IMG/VR virus record: IMGVR_UViG_3300014204_000120
Location: 32,001-96,000 of that record
DNA: 64,000 bases
DNA from: a virus
Lineage: Duplodnaviria > Caudoviricetes
Strand: one strand, 5' to 3'
In this document: positions 16,996 through 26,986 of the stretch, one piece after another
How the letters are laid out: each line of letters starts with the position of its first letter
How positions within the stretch are numbered: the stretch's first letter is position 1
Notes under the pieces: model-generated
Told to the model about the DNA's origin: nothing
The model's input: the letters and a program-made list of their open reading frames with translations, nothing else
Database searches by the model: none
Made by a program: the position numbers and the translations under genes

Positions 16996-19539
16996 ATGTC
17001 AACTTCTGCAATTTATGTAGACATATCAAATGATTTAGATGCAACGCCTGGAACAGGTACCTCTGCATCACCATTTAATTACGTTCAATGTCAAGACCAT
17101 TATTATGATGTGAGTGGTTTTGATCTACATATAATTTATTATATGAAAGGTTTGCGACAAATAACACAAGACGAAGATTTGACTAATTATGGTTCAACTT
17201 CTGCTAATCCAATTTCAGCATCATTTCTACCTTGGGATATGTCAACGTATGGTCCTTGGATTATAAGTGCTGTTAATGGAACAGGAGAATATGCCACACT
17301 GCCTTATTGGAATTTTGAAATTTATAACGAATATGATGATGGAACTTCACAATTAGTTGTCGATGGTTTAGTTGTCCACGTTTATGATTTTACATTTTGG
17401 ACTGTAAATAATACAGCACCTGAGATGAGTGGATTTCAACACGTTTTAAAAAATTCTTATATTTATGTTAGTCATGCTGGGAAAATTTATCTAGACGAAT
17501 TAGCTATAAATCCAGTTAAAATTCTAGGATGTACTTTTAAAATTAGATATAATAAAACCATGTATATATATCAAACGGCACCTCTTGATTTTGTTGATTG
17601 TTTTTTTGATGAGTTAAGTCAATATGGTTTATATTATTATAGTGTTGATGTATCTGCTGTTAGTTTTAGTGGTTGTTATTTTGTTAATGATTTATCGGCG
17701 ACTGTTGCAACGGATTATCAGCTTTCATCACTTAATTTAGACGATGATTGCGTAACTTCATTTGAATTAAGTCAATCAATATCAGGATTTCAGAATATAA
17801 CAGATACAAATTATACAGATTATGATTATACGAATTATGGTTTATCAGCTATTACTGATACAGATATTATAAATCGTTGGACAACATTAGACTATAACGA
17901 CGGATTTTTTAGTTCATCTAGACAATCCGTAGGAGCTTTTTATTTTCATATGCCACCTTTTAACGTTAATGTATTATATACAGTTTATCCAAAACTAAGT
18001 TTTGTTAATAATGATTTTATATTTTCTGCTAATTTAGAGCCAACTGGTACATTTGATCCAACTTGGACATCAGCATATACTGTGTTATATGGAGATGGTC
18101 AATATTTTACATCAACATCAGCTATAGAAGTAACAAGATCATATGCTAATAGAGGTAACTATGTTTCGATTCATAATTATAAAATAACCAGTGCAACAGG
18201 CGAAACATACTATAATAATACAAGCGCTATTGGTAATATTAAAGTTAATCCTATACCAGAAATAGCTTTTACAGGATATTCATATGTTTTATCAGGTCTT
18301 AGTTTTTATGATGTTAAAGGTGGATATTATATAACTGATACTGTTGTTAGTGCTAATTGGGATTTCGGTGATGGGAGTTTATCTAGTACTACTGATTTAG
18401 ATGCAATATTAATTCATAGTTATAGTGCTGTTGGTAATTATACAGTATCAGTATCGGCATATGATGTTAGTGGTAATGTTGGTGTTGGTAGTGATGTTGT
18501 TGGTATATTAGAAGGGGCTAATTGTGTATCTAAGGAAGATTATATAACTTTATGCGGTCCTGGTTCAAGTTTAGCGCGATATGGTAATAGTAGATTTATT
18601 GATTTAAAAACTTATTTACCTGATTATTTAAAAGATGGTGAAGTAGAAGAATTTATAGAAGTCTTTGAAGACTTTTTAAACGAAATGTATGATGGTCAAG
18701 ATGGATGGATAAATAGTGCTACTTCAGAATTACCCATAACAGAAACGTGGAATTCAAATAGTGCAACTTCAGGAGGTCCAACTAGAGACTTTACATACGA
18801 TATAAGTGGTACTACTGTTGATACTGAAGCTACAGATGCAGAACAAATAATAGTTGATTGGCCTGTAAATAGTATGTCAGCTTCTCCTAAAATATCAATA
18901 TTAGAAAAAGTATATAGATTAACAGAATTGCATGATCCTGATTTAATAGATTTGGAATATATACAATACTTTGCTAAAAACTTAGGATATAACGTAAATG
19001 TATATCGTGATGAATTAGGCATTAGCGGAACGTATGCTTCATCTACATCAGCAAATTCAGCATGTACTGATAATGAAACTAATAGATATATACGATTTGT
19101 AGTACAAAATTTGCCAACGTGGTATAAAATTAAAACAACAAGAAATGCTATAAAAGTTATGCTTTATTCTTTTGGATTAGTTGGAGATATTTTGGAATAC
19201 TATACTTCAAACTATAAATCATATCCCGAAGGTCAATGGAAACTTGACTCTGAAACAGATTTAAGAAATATTCCTGATAACTGGTATCCTACACCGCATT
19301 TTGCTCTTTTAGTAGATTTAGATACAAGTACTGATATATCATTTGATTTATCACGTAGAGATAAAGTTATTAGAGCTATTGAATCCATTAGACCAATTAA
19401 TACTGTTTTTAAAAGATTAGTAGGATATGCTAAAAGAACATTTGAATTAACTACAGCTGCTTGGATTAGAATGACTAGATATACTGATATTAGATCTGAT
19501 GGTTATAGTAATAGCTGGTGGGATGGAACGTGGTATTAA
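16996..19539 (+). CDS. Beta-helix/PKD modules fused to a gp7/P2 gpI-like baseplate wedge domain (track start 16972)
   Basis: ANWDFGDG PKD motif; C-terminal YLPDYL...DPDLIDLEYIQYFAKNLG...WYKIKTTRNAI...IRPINT. Confidence 0.65.
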   Translation: MSTSAIYVDISNDLDATPGTGTSASPFNYVQCQDHYYDVSGFDLHIIYYMKGLRQITQDEDLTNYGSTSANPISASFLPWDMSTYGPWIISAVNGTGEYATLPYWNFEIYNEYDDGTSQLVVDGLVVHVYDFTFWTVNNTAPEMSGFQHVLKNSYIYVSHAGKIYLDELAINPVKILGCTFKIRYNKTMYIYQTAPLDFVDCFFDELSQYGLYYYSVDVSAVSFSGCYFVNDLSATVATDYQLSSLNLDDDCVTSFELSQSISGFQNITDTNYTDYDYTNYGLSAITDTDIINRWTTLDYNDGFFSSSRQSVGAFYFHMPPFNVNVLYTVYPKLSFVNNDFIFSANLEPTGTFDPTWTSAYTVLYGDGQYFTSTSAIEVTRSYANRGNYVSIHNYKITSATGETYYNNTSAIGNIKVNPIPEIAFTGYSYVLSGLSFYDVKGGYYITDTVVSANWDFGDGSLSSTTDLDAILIHSYSAVGNYTVSVSAYDVSGNVGVGSDVVGILEGANCVSKEDYITLCGPGSSLARYGNSRFIDLKTYLPDYLKDGEVEEFIEVFEDFLNEMYDGQDGWINSATSELPITETWNSNSATSGGPTRDFTYDISGTTVDTEATDAEQIIVDWPVNSMSASPKISILEKVYRLTELHDPDLIDLEYIQYFAKNLGYNVNVYRDELGISGTYASSTSANSACTDNETNRYIRFVVQNLPTWYKIKTTRNAIKVMLYSFGLVGDILEYYTSNYKSYPEGQWKLDSETDLRNIPDNWYPTPHFALLVDLDTSTDISFDLSRRDKVIRAIESIRPINTVFKRLVGYAKRTFELTTAAWIRMTRYTDIRSDGYSNSWWDGTWY

Positions 19540-19547
19540 TATAAATA
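19540..19547 (+). promoter_or_regulatory. T4-type late promoter
   Basis: Exact TATAAATA in intergenic position. Confidence 0.75.
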
Positions 19548-19578
19548 TTAATATAATAAGAATTTAAGGAGTTTTATA

Positions 19579-21912
19579 ATGGCTAATGTTATGCTTACAA
19601 GAGCTGGTTTGCAATATGTACTATCAGCACATGATGATGGTGTTTATGTAGATGTTAGATACTTTATACCAGTATATGATGATAGAATAGACCCAACACT
19701 TAGAACTACAGGTGCGCTTTCTTCTATAGCTCAAATTGCGGATGAAACTGCAACTGCACCTTATGGTGAAAAAATATGGAATATATCAGGTTATTCGTTA
19801 TCTGATACGGATGATTATGTTATTTCTGCTGTAGCTTTTACTAGTGATAGATTAGTAGATTCATATCAAAAAGTTCAAGTCAATACGAATTTATATGGTA
19901 TTGTACCATTATCTACACAAATTAGCGGAATGGCTTTTGCTGTATCTGCTGGTTCAATGGCAGGATATTATGATTGGGATGTGACTGGTGGAGGAGTTGT
20001 AACGGGAAATAATGATAGACCTACTAGCGCAGATGATGATTATTTTGTTGTTACTGATTATTATCCAGTATATGATTCTGCTGCTGAAGAAAGATTACGT
20101 GGTGTATTTAAAGCAGAAATTAATAAGAGAATGGGTAAATTTAAGTTTAATAAAATAGCTATGTATGCAGTACAGGTTGATACTGATGGTGTGGTTTTGG
20201 GTAGTTGCTTCTTTGGTGAGGCTTATTTAGATACTCCAGTTGTTAAAACAGAATTAGCAACTGATGGTTTTGATAACTTTATATTTGATATTCAGATAGA
20301 TTTAAGCGGAACTTCTGCTACATGGAATGATGTGTTCTTTTCAAGTTCGGCGGATTATTGGAGTCATAGCCCGGGTGGATTGTATTATTCCGGTCGTATA
20401 GGTGTAGGTAATTTTACGGGTGATGTTAGAGAAATTAGTGCCACTGCACATTTTAAGAAATCAAGAGATGTTAGTGGAACAGTTGATAATGATATACCTA
20501 CATTAAGATTAGATTATGACGCTTCTAGATTTGTATCAATGGATGTTGTAAGTGGCGGTTATTTTGTTTCTGGTACAAATGGTGGAGACTTAGTTATTCA
20601 AGTTTCTGATTGGTCTACTTATTGTGGTGAAACTATTGCAATAAGACCTAAAGTAGCTAGAACTATAGCTTTAGGAACTACAACTTATCCATATGAGAGA
20701 GTAGCATTAAATGATAATAGATTACATGCTATTGATGTAAATAATGGCCAGGTTAAAATAGGCAAACTTAACGGTTATTCAGAATCAGATTATTATGGTA
20801 TTCCATCAATATATTTAAGTGATTTAGCAGTAGAAATTACTGCAACATCAGACGGATCAACTGGTTCTGATATAAACGGTGCGTATATTGGTGGGGATTT
20901 ATTTAGAAAGTATCAAAATCTATTTATTTTCACAACATTTTATTGTAATACTGGAAATGAATATTATGATAGAGATATTGCTATAGTTGCTGGTTTAGAC
21001 GCAAGTGGAACATATAGTGCAGTTGGAACTCCTTCAGCGAAGATTAATCACATGTCTTTAACCAGACAACTTTTAAATAGTCAGAATTTTAGTTCTAATG
21101 TTGCTAGCGCTGCTGAAATTCATTTAGCTGCTAAAGGCGGTATTAAACTACATGGTGTTTTAGAATTAGAAAATATTAGAAATAGTTATGTTACAGATAG
21201 TGTAACTTATACACCTAATAATGCAATGATAATATCTAAGCAAAATAATTTGTTATTAGTAGCAGGATTAAATTCATTAGTAGATTATGATACATTAAAC
21301 ACATATTTTGCAACAAGATCTGAGTATATGAGTTCTTGGTTGACATCTACTAGTCAATTATTATTAATGGGTAAGACTATTTCTACTATTGGTAATATTA
21401 AACCGTGGATTACTAATACTGATGATATTGGGTCTTTATCACTTAAATATAAAGGTTTATATGTTGAAAATGCAAGAGTAACAGCTTTAACAGTAAACAC
21501 TATTGGAGTAACTCAACTAGGAGCTTCTGAAATAACAGCAACAAATTTGACAGCTACAAATCTTGTTACAACAAACGGTTTTAGAATGTTATCAACTGAT
21601 ACACCACTAAAATATTATGTAAAAAACGTAATGTTAGGTACTTTAGTTGCTAATACTAATACTTTAGTGGATACTATAACCGGATTAGGTTCAATGAATA
21701 TTTTTGGATATAATATCACAATTTTAGATGGTGTTAAGTATTTTCCTCCAGGTTATGAAACATCAGATCATCCATTAATATACTCATATTCTACTTTTAT
21801 TAATCAGGCTGTTGGAGGAGAAACAACATATATAAATATAATTCCAAAAGCTACAACTTTTTCTAATTGTCCTTGTTATATTGTTATATTTTATCAAACC
21901 GCTACAGGATAA
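19579..21912 (+). CDS. Tail fibre/baseplate attachment protein
   Basis: N-terminal LTRAG...FKFNKIAMY resembling the P2 gpH collar region; fibre-type motif I.P...DIGS.S.KYK.LYV. Confidence 0.55.
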   Translation: MANVMLTRAGLQYVLSAHDDGVYVDVRYFIPVYDDRIDPTLRTTGALSSIAQIADETATAPYGEKIWNISGYSLSDTDDYVISAVAFTSDRLVDSYQKVQVNTNLYGIVPLSTQISGMAFAVSAGSMAGYYDWDVTGGGVVTGNNDRPTSADDDYFVVTDYYPVYDSAAEERLRGVFKAEINKRMGKFKFNKIAMYAVQVDTDGVVLGSCFFGEAYLDTPVVKTELATDGFDNFIFDIQIDLSGTSATWNDVFFSSSADYWSHSPGGLYYSGRIGVGNFTGDVREISATAHFKKSRDVSGTVDNDIPTLRLDYDASRFVSMDVVSGGYFVSGTNGGDLVIQVSDWSTYCGETIAIRPKVARTIALGTTTYPYERVALNDNRLHAIDVNNGQVKIGKLNGYSESDYYGIPSIYLSDLAVEITATSDGSTGSDINGAYIGGDLFRKYQNLFIFTTFYCNTGNEYYDRDIAIVAGLDASGTYSAVGTPSAKINHMSLTRQLLNSQNFSSNVASAAEIHLAAKGGIKLHGVLELENIRNSYVTDSVTYTPNNAMIISKQNNLLLVAGLNSLVDYDTLNTYFATRSEYMSSWLTSTSQLLLMGKTISTIGNIKPWITNTDDIGSLSLKYKGLYVENARVTALTVNTIGVTQLGASEITATNLTATNLVTTNGFRMLSTDTPLKYYVKNVMLGTLVANTNTLVDTITGLGSMNIFGYNITILDGVKYFPPGYETSDHPLIYSYSTFINQAVGGETTYINIIPKATTFSNCPCYIVIFYQTATG

Positions 21913-21928
21913 AGGAGTTTAAATTGAT

Positions 21929-22450
21929 ATGAAAACAAAGTTGACGCGTGAAAGGATTTTTCAGATTTGGTTTGTTTTAACTAATCTAAAAGTTCCAGAA
22001 AATGAGATGTTGGATAAAAGGTTTGACTATGCTAAAAATAGAACCTTAGATAGTTTAACACCAGAAGTAACTGAGATTGTTAAAGCAAGAAAGTCTGGTA
22101 TTCCTAAATATGATGAGTTTGATATAAAACGAAAAGAAATATTGATGAAGTATGCTAGTAAAGACGAACAAGGTAATCCAGTTATTAATGGTAATCAATT
22201 TTCTATTAATGGTGAAAATTTGGAAGAAGCTAATAAATCATTAAATGAATTAATAGAAACATATAAAGAAGCTTTAGATGAAAGACAAAAAGAGATTGAT
22301 ATTTATAACGAGATTATTAATGAAGAAATAGAAATAGATATTACTCCAGTTTCATTTATTGCATTACCAACGTTTGTTAAAGAAGAGTTTACTAAGGTTA
22401 TTAGACCAATGATTAAAGAAACAGATGAAGAAATTGAGGGATTATTATAA
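21929..22450 (+). CDS. Phage protein, paralog of 1238..1774
   Basis: Shared KYA..D..G.P.INGN motif. Confidence 0.5.
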   Translation: MKTKLTRERIFQIWFVLTNLKVPENEMLDKRFDYAKNRTLDSLTPEVTEIVKARKSGIPKYDEFDIKRKEILMKYASKDEQGNPVINGNQFSINGENLEEANKSLNELIETYKEALDERQKEIDIYNEIINEEIEIDITPVSFIALPTFVKEEFTKVIRPMIKETDEEIEGLL

Positions 22451-22992
22451 TGGCTACTGAGACAATGTTTCCTAATTTGTTTCATAGTAGTAATTGGCAA
22501 GTTAATTTTTCTAACATGCCAGCACTTGAATCAATTAGAGATATGCGACTATATGATAATCTAGTTAAAAGTGTAACATTTCCTGATTATAATATGTCTG
22601 AGATATATTCTGATTTTATGGGATTTAGAGTTCGTCATCCAGAAGCACCTAAGATTAATGTAGATTTATCCCAGATACAAATAAGTTTTAAATTATCAGA
22701 AGATATGAGGAATTATATATACTTATTTGAGTGGATGAAGGCTATGAAGGCTGGAGATGTGACTGATTTTAGTTCAGAAGAAGATTTATTTAGAAAAAAC
22801 ACTATAAAATCAATTTCACTAAATATATTAGACAATCAGAAAAGAACAGTAGCGGTGTGGAGATTTACAGAGGCATTTTTATTAAGTTTAAGTTCATTGG
22901 CTTTAGATAATGGTATAAGTGAAGAAGTTACTTTTACTTGTAATTTTTCATATGAACAAATTTTATATGAGAAGAAGAATGTGCTAACATAA
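22450..22992 (+). CDS. gp3: Tail tube terminator/completion protein, gp3-like
   Basis: VKSVTFP...ISFKLSEDMRNY..LFEWM...ILDN...F.EAF..SLS...F.Y. Confidence 0.7.
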   Translation: MATETMFPNLFHSSNWQVNFSNMPALESIRDMRLYDNLVKSVTFPDYNMSEIYSDFMGFRVRHPEAPKINVDLSQIQISFKLSEDMRNYIYLFEWMKAMKAGDVTDFSSEEDLFRKNTIKSISLNILDNQKRTVAVWRFTEAFLLSLSSLALDNGISEEVTFTCNFSYEQILYEKKNVLT

Positions 22993-23002
22993 TGGAGCAT
23001 CT

Positions 23003-23395
23003 ATGAATATTGAAAAAATTAAGGATAGTTTATTAGAAATTAAGTTATTAGTTGATATGAAGGTAGTAGCAGAAACGCTTTCACGCATAGGGATTGCTAA
23101 TAAGAAGCAGAAAATTTTATATCCTTCGTGTTATGTTATTGAAAACGATTCTAAGTATTATCTAGCACATTTCAAACAGTTATTTTTATTAGCAAGGAAT
23201 AGTGCTTATAATGCAATATGTGACGATGATATATTGAGAAGGAATGCAATAGCTTTTTGTTTAAAGGAGTGGGAATTGATAGATGTACAGGATGAATTGA
23301 TAGTTCCTCATAATAAATACATATATGTGTTACCTTATAGTCAGAAGAATGAATGGAGTATAAAGCATAAATTTAATTTAAGAAGCTTAATTTGA
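23003..23395 (+). CDS. regA: Translational repressor RegA
   Basis: ETLSRIGIAN.K.K.LY.SC...Y.AHFKQLF...RRNAIA..L.EW.LI. Confidence 0.9.
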   Translation: MNIEKIKDSLLEIKLLVDMKVVAETLSRIGIANKKQKILYPSCYVIENDSKYYLAHFKQLFLLARNSAYNAICDDDILRRNAIAFCLKEWELIDVQDELIVPHNKYIYVLPYSQKNEWSIKHKFNLRSLI

Positions 23396-23426
23396 TATTA
23401 AATAATATAAATACTAAGGTGAAATA

Positions 23427-23618
23427 ATGACATATAATAGAGATGAACGGTTAATGTCACGAATAGACGAAAATGATATAGAGGATTTTCAGACATACGA
23501 GATATATTATAAGTTGTTTGAAAGCGAAGATGAACCAAAAGAGTTAGATTTTAATAGTAGGATAAATAGTAGTGATGATTTTTATTGTGACGAAAATGAA
23601 GAAGAAAGAACCTTCTAA
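23427..23618 (+). CDS. Small acidic protein
   Basis: Late promoter at 23406 and RBS AAGGTG. Confidence 0.5.
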   Translation: MTYNRDERLMSRIDENDIEDFQTYEIYYKLFESEDEPKELDFNSRINSSDDFYCDENEEERTF

Positions 23619-23641
23619 ATTAAATAGAGAGGAGTAATATT

Positions 23642-25303
23642 ATGCTAGAATTTGCAACTTATTTGAAAGAGACTTTCAATCAGGATGTATCAAAAGCAGA
23701 AGATATAATTAAAGAGAAGTGGAACAAAGTAAAGGCTATTATGAAAGAAGCTTTTGATGGTCCTTATGCTGACAAACAAACAGCATTAAATCGTATACAA
23801 AACGATTTTATTGATAAGACTATTGCTCCTTCAACTATTGATGTAGATTTTTTAAAAAATAATATGGAATATGTAGTTGAAAAGATTAATGCATTGGATG
23901 AAGGTGATATTAAAATTATCATCAACAACGATACAAATAAAAGCGGTAAAGGCGGAATGGCAGAACCAACAGTTACTACAATACCTTCAGTAACACCAAT
24001 CTATACGACAGATGATGAAACTGATATAGATATGGAAACTGAATCTGCTAAGGCTAAAAAGAAAGGTAAGAAAGGCAAGAAAGCCGAAAAGGAAGAGGAA
24101 GAGGAATTAGAAGAAAAGGCAGAGAAACCAGAAGTTCCTGAAGTAACAGACGAACCAGAAGAAACTCCCGAAGTAACTCCTGATGAAGTGATACCGGATA
24201 CGGAACCAGAAGAAACTCCTGAAGAAAAACCAGAAGAAACTGTAGACGAACCAACAGATATAGAAGCCAAAAAACTAACTATCACTGTTGTAGATAATAA
24301 AGTAACAGTTGATCCAGAAAATGAAGATACTGGTTTAGAACATAAAGATTATGAATTTGAATCACCAACACAGGCACAAAAATTCGCCGACTCACTAAAA
24401 CAATTTTTTGGCGAACAAGGATTTGAACTAACTGATAATTCAGAAGAAACTCCCGAAGAAACACCAGAAGAAAAACCTGAAGGTGAAGAAACACCAGAAG
24501 AAAAACCTGAAGGCGAAGAAACTGAAGACGATGTTATTAGTTGGGAAGATGTAGAAGATGAGGAAGTTCCAGATGAAGAAGACGATGAAGATGTTGGTGA
24601 ATCTATTGATATTAATAAATTAGTAGGTAAATTGGTTCGTGTTGGCGATAAATGGTATAATGTAACAAGTATTGCAGAATCTAAATTAGTTTGTGTTGAT
24701 AAAGATGGTAATGAAAGTAAATTTGGTTTAACAGAAGTTGAAGAAGCTGAAGTTGATAAAGCTGAAGAAAAGAAAGAAGAAGACGAAGAAAAAGCTAAGA
24801 AAGAAAAAGAAGAAAAGGAAAAGAAAGAGAAAGAAGAAGCAGATAAGAAAGAAGCTGAAGAAAAAGAAGAAGCTGCTGAAAAAAAGGAAGATGAAAAAGA
24901 AGAAGTCGAAGAAGCATTATCTATAACTAAATTAGCTCGTAGATTTATGTTTGACGATGATGATACTGTAGACGAATCTGAAACACCTAAAATGCCTTCA
25001 GTAGATAAAGCTTTTACTAAAACAAAAGAACCTTCAGCGGCTTTAACTGCTACTCCTAAAAAGCCTAATGAAAAGTTGGAGAAAACTAATAAACCTGAAA
25101 CTATGTCTAAAAAAGCTCCTTCCGCAGCTTTAACTGCTAAACCTTCTAAACCTAAAGAAAAGGTAGAAACTGTTAAGACTCCTAAGGTAGAAAAGAAAGC
25201 TCCACCTAAAGGTAATTTAACAGCTAAACCAGCTAAACCTAATGAGAAAATTGAAACTGTTAAAGCTCCTTCATTTGACGCAGAATATAATAAAAAGCTT
25301 TAA
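23642..25303 (+). CDS. Highly charged low-complexity protein, possibly prohead core/internal protein
   Basis: MLEFATYLKE leader; E/P/T-rich middle; three K/P-rich C-terminal repeats (LTAKP.KP.EK.E). Confidence 0.55.
   Translation: MLEFATYLKETFNQDVSKAEDIIKEKWNKVKAIMKEAFDGPYADKQTALNRIQNDFIDKTIAPSTIDVDFLKNNMEYVVEKINALDEGDIKIIINNDTNKSGKGGMAEPTVTTIPSVTPIYTTDDETDIDMETESAKAKKKGKKGKKAEKEEEEELEEKAEKPEVPEVTDEPEETPEVTPDEVIPDTEPEETPEEKPEETVDEPTDIEAKKLTITVVDNKVTVDPENEDTGLEHKDYEFESPTQAQKFADSLKQFFGEQGFELTDNSEETPEETPEEKPEGEETPEEKPEGEETEDDVISWEDVEDEEVPDEEDDEDVGESIDINKLVGKLVRVGDKWYNVTSIAESKLVCVDKDGNESKFGLTEVEEAEVDKAEEKKEEDEEKAKKEKEEKEKKEKEEADKKEAEEKEEAAEKKEDEKEEVEEALSITKLARRFMFDDDDTVDESETPKMPSVDKAFTKTKEPSAALTATPKKPNEKLEKTNKPETMSKKAPSAALTAKPSKPKEKVETVKTPKVEKKAPPKGNLTAKPAKPNEKIETVKAPSFDAEYNKKL
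24455..24522 (+). repeat. 30-bp coding tandem repeat (EETPEEKPEG, about 2.3 copies)
   Basis: GAAGAAACACCAGAAGAAAAACCTGAAGG at 24455 and 24485. Confidence 0.9.
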
Positions 25304-25477
25304 ATTAGAGTTGAATACATTTAAAAAAAGTAATCCAAGATGGTTTTGTAAAACGCCTATTGGATAGAGGTTCTGTGTTTGAGCCGTATAAAATCAATTT
25401 GATTTTATTAAAAAATTCTAATTAAATAGAATTTATAACATAACATAAGAAACAGTAATCACTAATGTAGTCAACTT

Positions 25478-25516
25478 AAAAAGTCTATCATTTAATTTTG
25501 ATAGGCTTTTTGTTTT
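25478..25516 (+). terminator. Intrinsic terminator
   Basis: AAAAAGTCTATCA...TGATAGGCTTTTT stem plus T tract, followed directly by late promoter 25517. Confidence 0.65.
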
Positions 25517-25543
25517 TATAAATACTATGTAAGGAATATACTT

Positions 25544-25933
25544 ATGCATTTTAAAGACTTTTATTTATTACAAGAAAAGAAGTTTTTAACAATATCTAAT
25601 CAAAAAATTGAAATAGATATTGAAAACTTAGACTTATATAGTACAAGTCATTCAGATCAACAAATGAATCGACTTGATAATTATAAACGAATGAATATTA
25701 CAGAAGATGAAATTATTAAAGACTTAGAAAAAGCATTACCTAAAATAATGAATGATTATGCTAACGGTGAAATAGAAAATGAAGCTGAATTTTTAGTTAA
25801 GAATAAAGAAACTAAGTTAAACATTATTGGTGCTCTTAAAATGCGTAAAGGCAAGGACTTTATATCTATCATTACAGTTATGAGAAAACCTGGTTATATT
25901 CCTAAAGATGGTACGTATACTTATGAGATATAA
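25544..25933 (+). CDS. Putative internal head protein (RelE/BECR-like fold possible)
   Basis: MHFKDFYLLQE leader; HS..R...IITVMRK pattern. Confidence 0.45.
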   Translation: MHFKDFYLLQEKKFLTISNQKIEIDIENLDLYSTSHSDQQMNRLDNYKRMNITEDEIIKDLEKALPKIMNDYANGEIENEAEFLVKNKETKLNIIGALKMRKGKDFISIITVMRKPGYIPKDGTYTYEI

Positions 25934-25934
25934 T

Positions 25935-26318
25935 ATGAAATTTACTGAATATTATAATTTAAATGAATCTATTGTTATAAAAGCATATCATGGTAGTCGT
26001 GAGAATAAAATTAAAGATTTTAATGTTAGAGATAGTGAAGCACTTAGAGTTTCGGGTATATACTTTTCAAAAAATAAAGAAGAAGCTAAGAAATATACTA
26101 AAATTAAAGGAATACAAGACGAAAATAGAATTACAACAGTAGAAATAACATTTAAAAATCCGGCAGATAGAGAAGTTTTAGATAAGTTAGGTTATCGTTT
26201 AAATGGAATGGAAATGAAAAATAAATTAATTTCAATGGGATATGATGGCGTTATTGATGATTTTATGGATGAAATAGTTGTATTTAATAAAAATCAAATT
26301 AAGGTATTGGATGTATAA
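25935..26318 (+). CDS. ADP-ribosyltransferase-like domain protein with capsid-targeting leader (track start 25908)
   Basis: MKFTEYYNLNE; AYHGS...GIYFS...A.KY...KNP...GYDGV. Confidence 0.55.
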   Translation: MKFTEYYNLNESIVIKAYHGSRENKIKDFNVRDSEALRVSGIYFSKNKEEAKKYTKIKGIQDENRITTVEITFKNPADREVLDKLGYRLNGMEMKNKLISMGYDGVIDDFMDEIVVFNKNQIKVLDV

Positions 26319-26321
26319 ACC

Positions 26322-26948
26322 ATGAAATTTACTGATTATTATGACTTAAATGAACGATTAGGTAGTGAATTTAGAAACTTAATAGTTGTAGATGTTCAGC
26401 CTTTATATGAAGAAAATATTACAAAAAAGTTTTCAATAGAAGATTTTGGTAATTTTCTTACTACTATAAAGAAGAATATATTATATTTCTATAACGGTCC
26501 TGAAACTATTGATAGTGAAGACTCTTCTGAAGCTATAACTGGATGGTTAATTGAAAATAATCCTGATCTAGAAAACTTTGAATGGGATAAAGTAACATGG
26601 CAAGATAAGGGATACGCGTTCTATAGGGGTTGGATGGATTATGGTATAACAGATAATGGAATGAAACAAGCTTTACGTTATATGGCTATTAATAGAAAAC
26701 ATGATTCTAGAGATATACCTGTAGATGTATGGAAAAATGTATTGCCAGCTATTGATTATAAGCATTTAAAAGATATAATAGAAACAGAACCAATATGGGA
26801 ACCAGATATTAGTATAAGTGAACTGAAGGATAATTGGGATGGTTCTTTAATTTGCGGCGGTGGACAAAACGAGTGCCTTAAGGAAATACAATTATTACTT
26901 AATGCATTTAATATTAATTATAAGTTAGTTGATAGTTTTATATATTAA
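26322..26948 (+). CDS. Isochorismatase-like hydrolase fold protein with capsid-targeting leader
   Basis: LIVVDVQP...GGGQNECL. Confidence 0.45.
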   Translation: MKFTDYYDLNERLGSEFRNLIVVDVQPLYEENITKKFSIEDFGNFLTTIKKNILYFYNGPETIDSEDSSEAITGWLIENNPDLENFEWDKVTWQDKGYAFYRGWMDYGITDNGMKQALRYMAINRKHDSRDIPVDVWKNVLPAIDYKHLKDIIETEPIWEPDISISELKDNWDGSLICGGGQNECLKEIQLLLNAFNINYKLVDSFIY

Positions 26949-26986
26949 ATTCAAGTATTATAAATAGTTAATAGGAGAATTCAATA

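Noticed and set aside
24455-24522. Second CRISPR-like repeat
   Set aside because: In-frame tandem coding repeat with no spacers.
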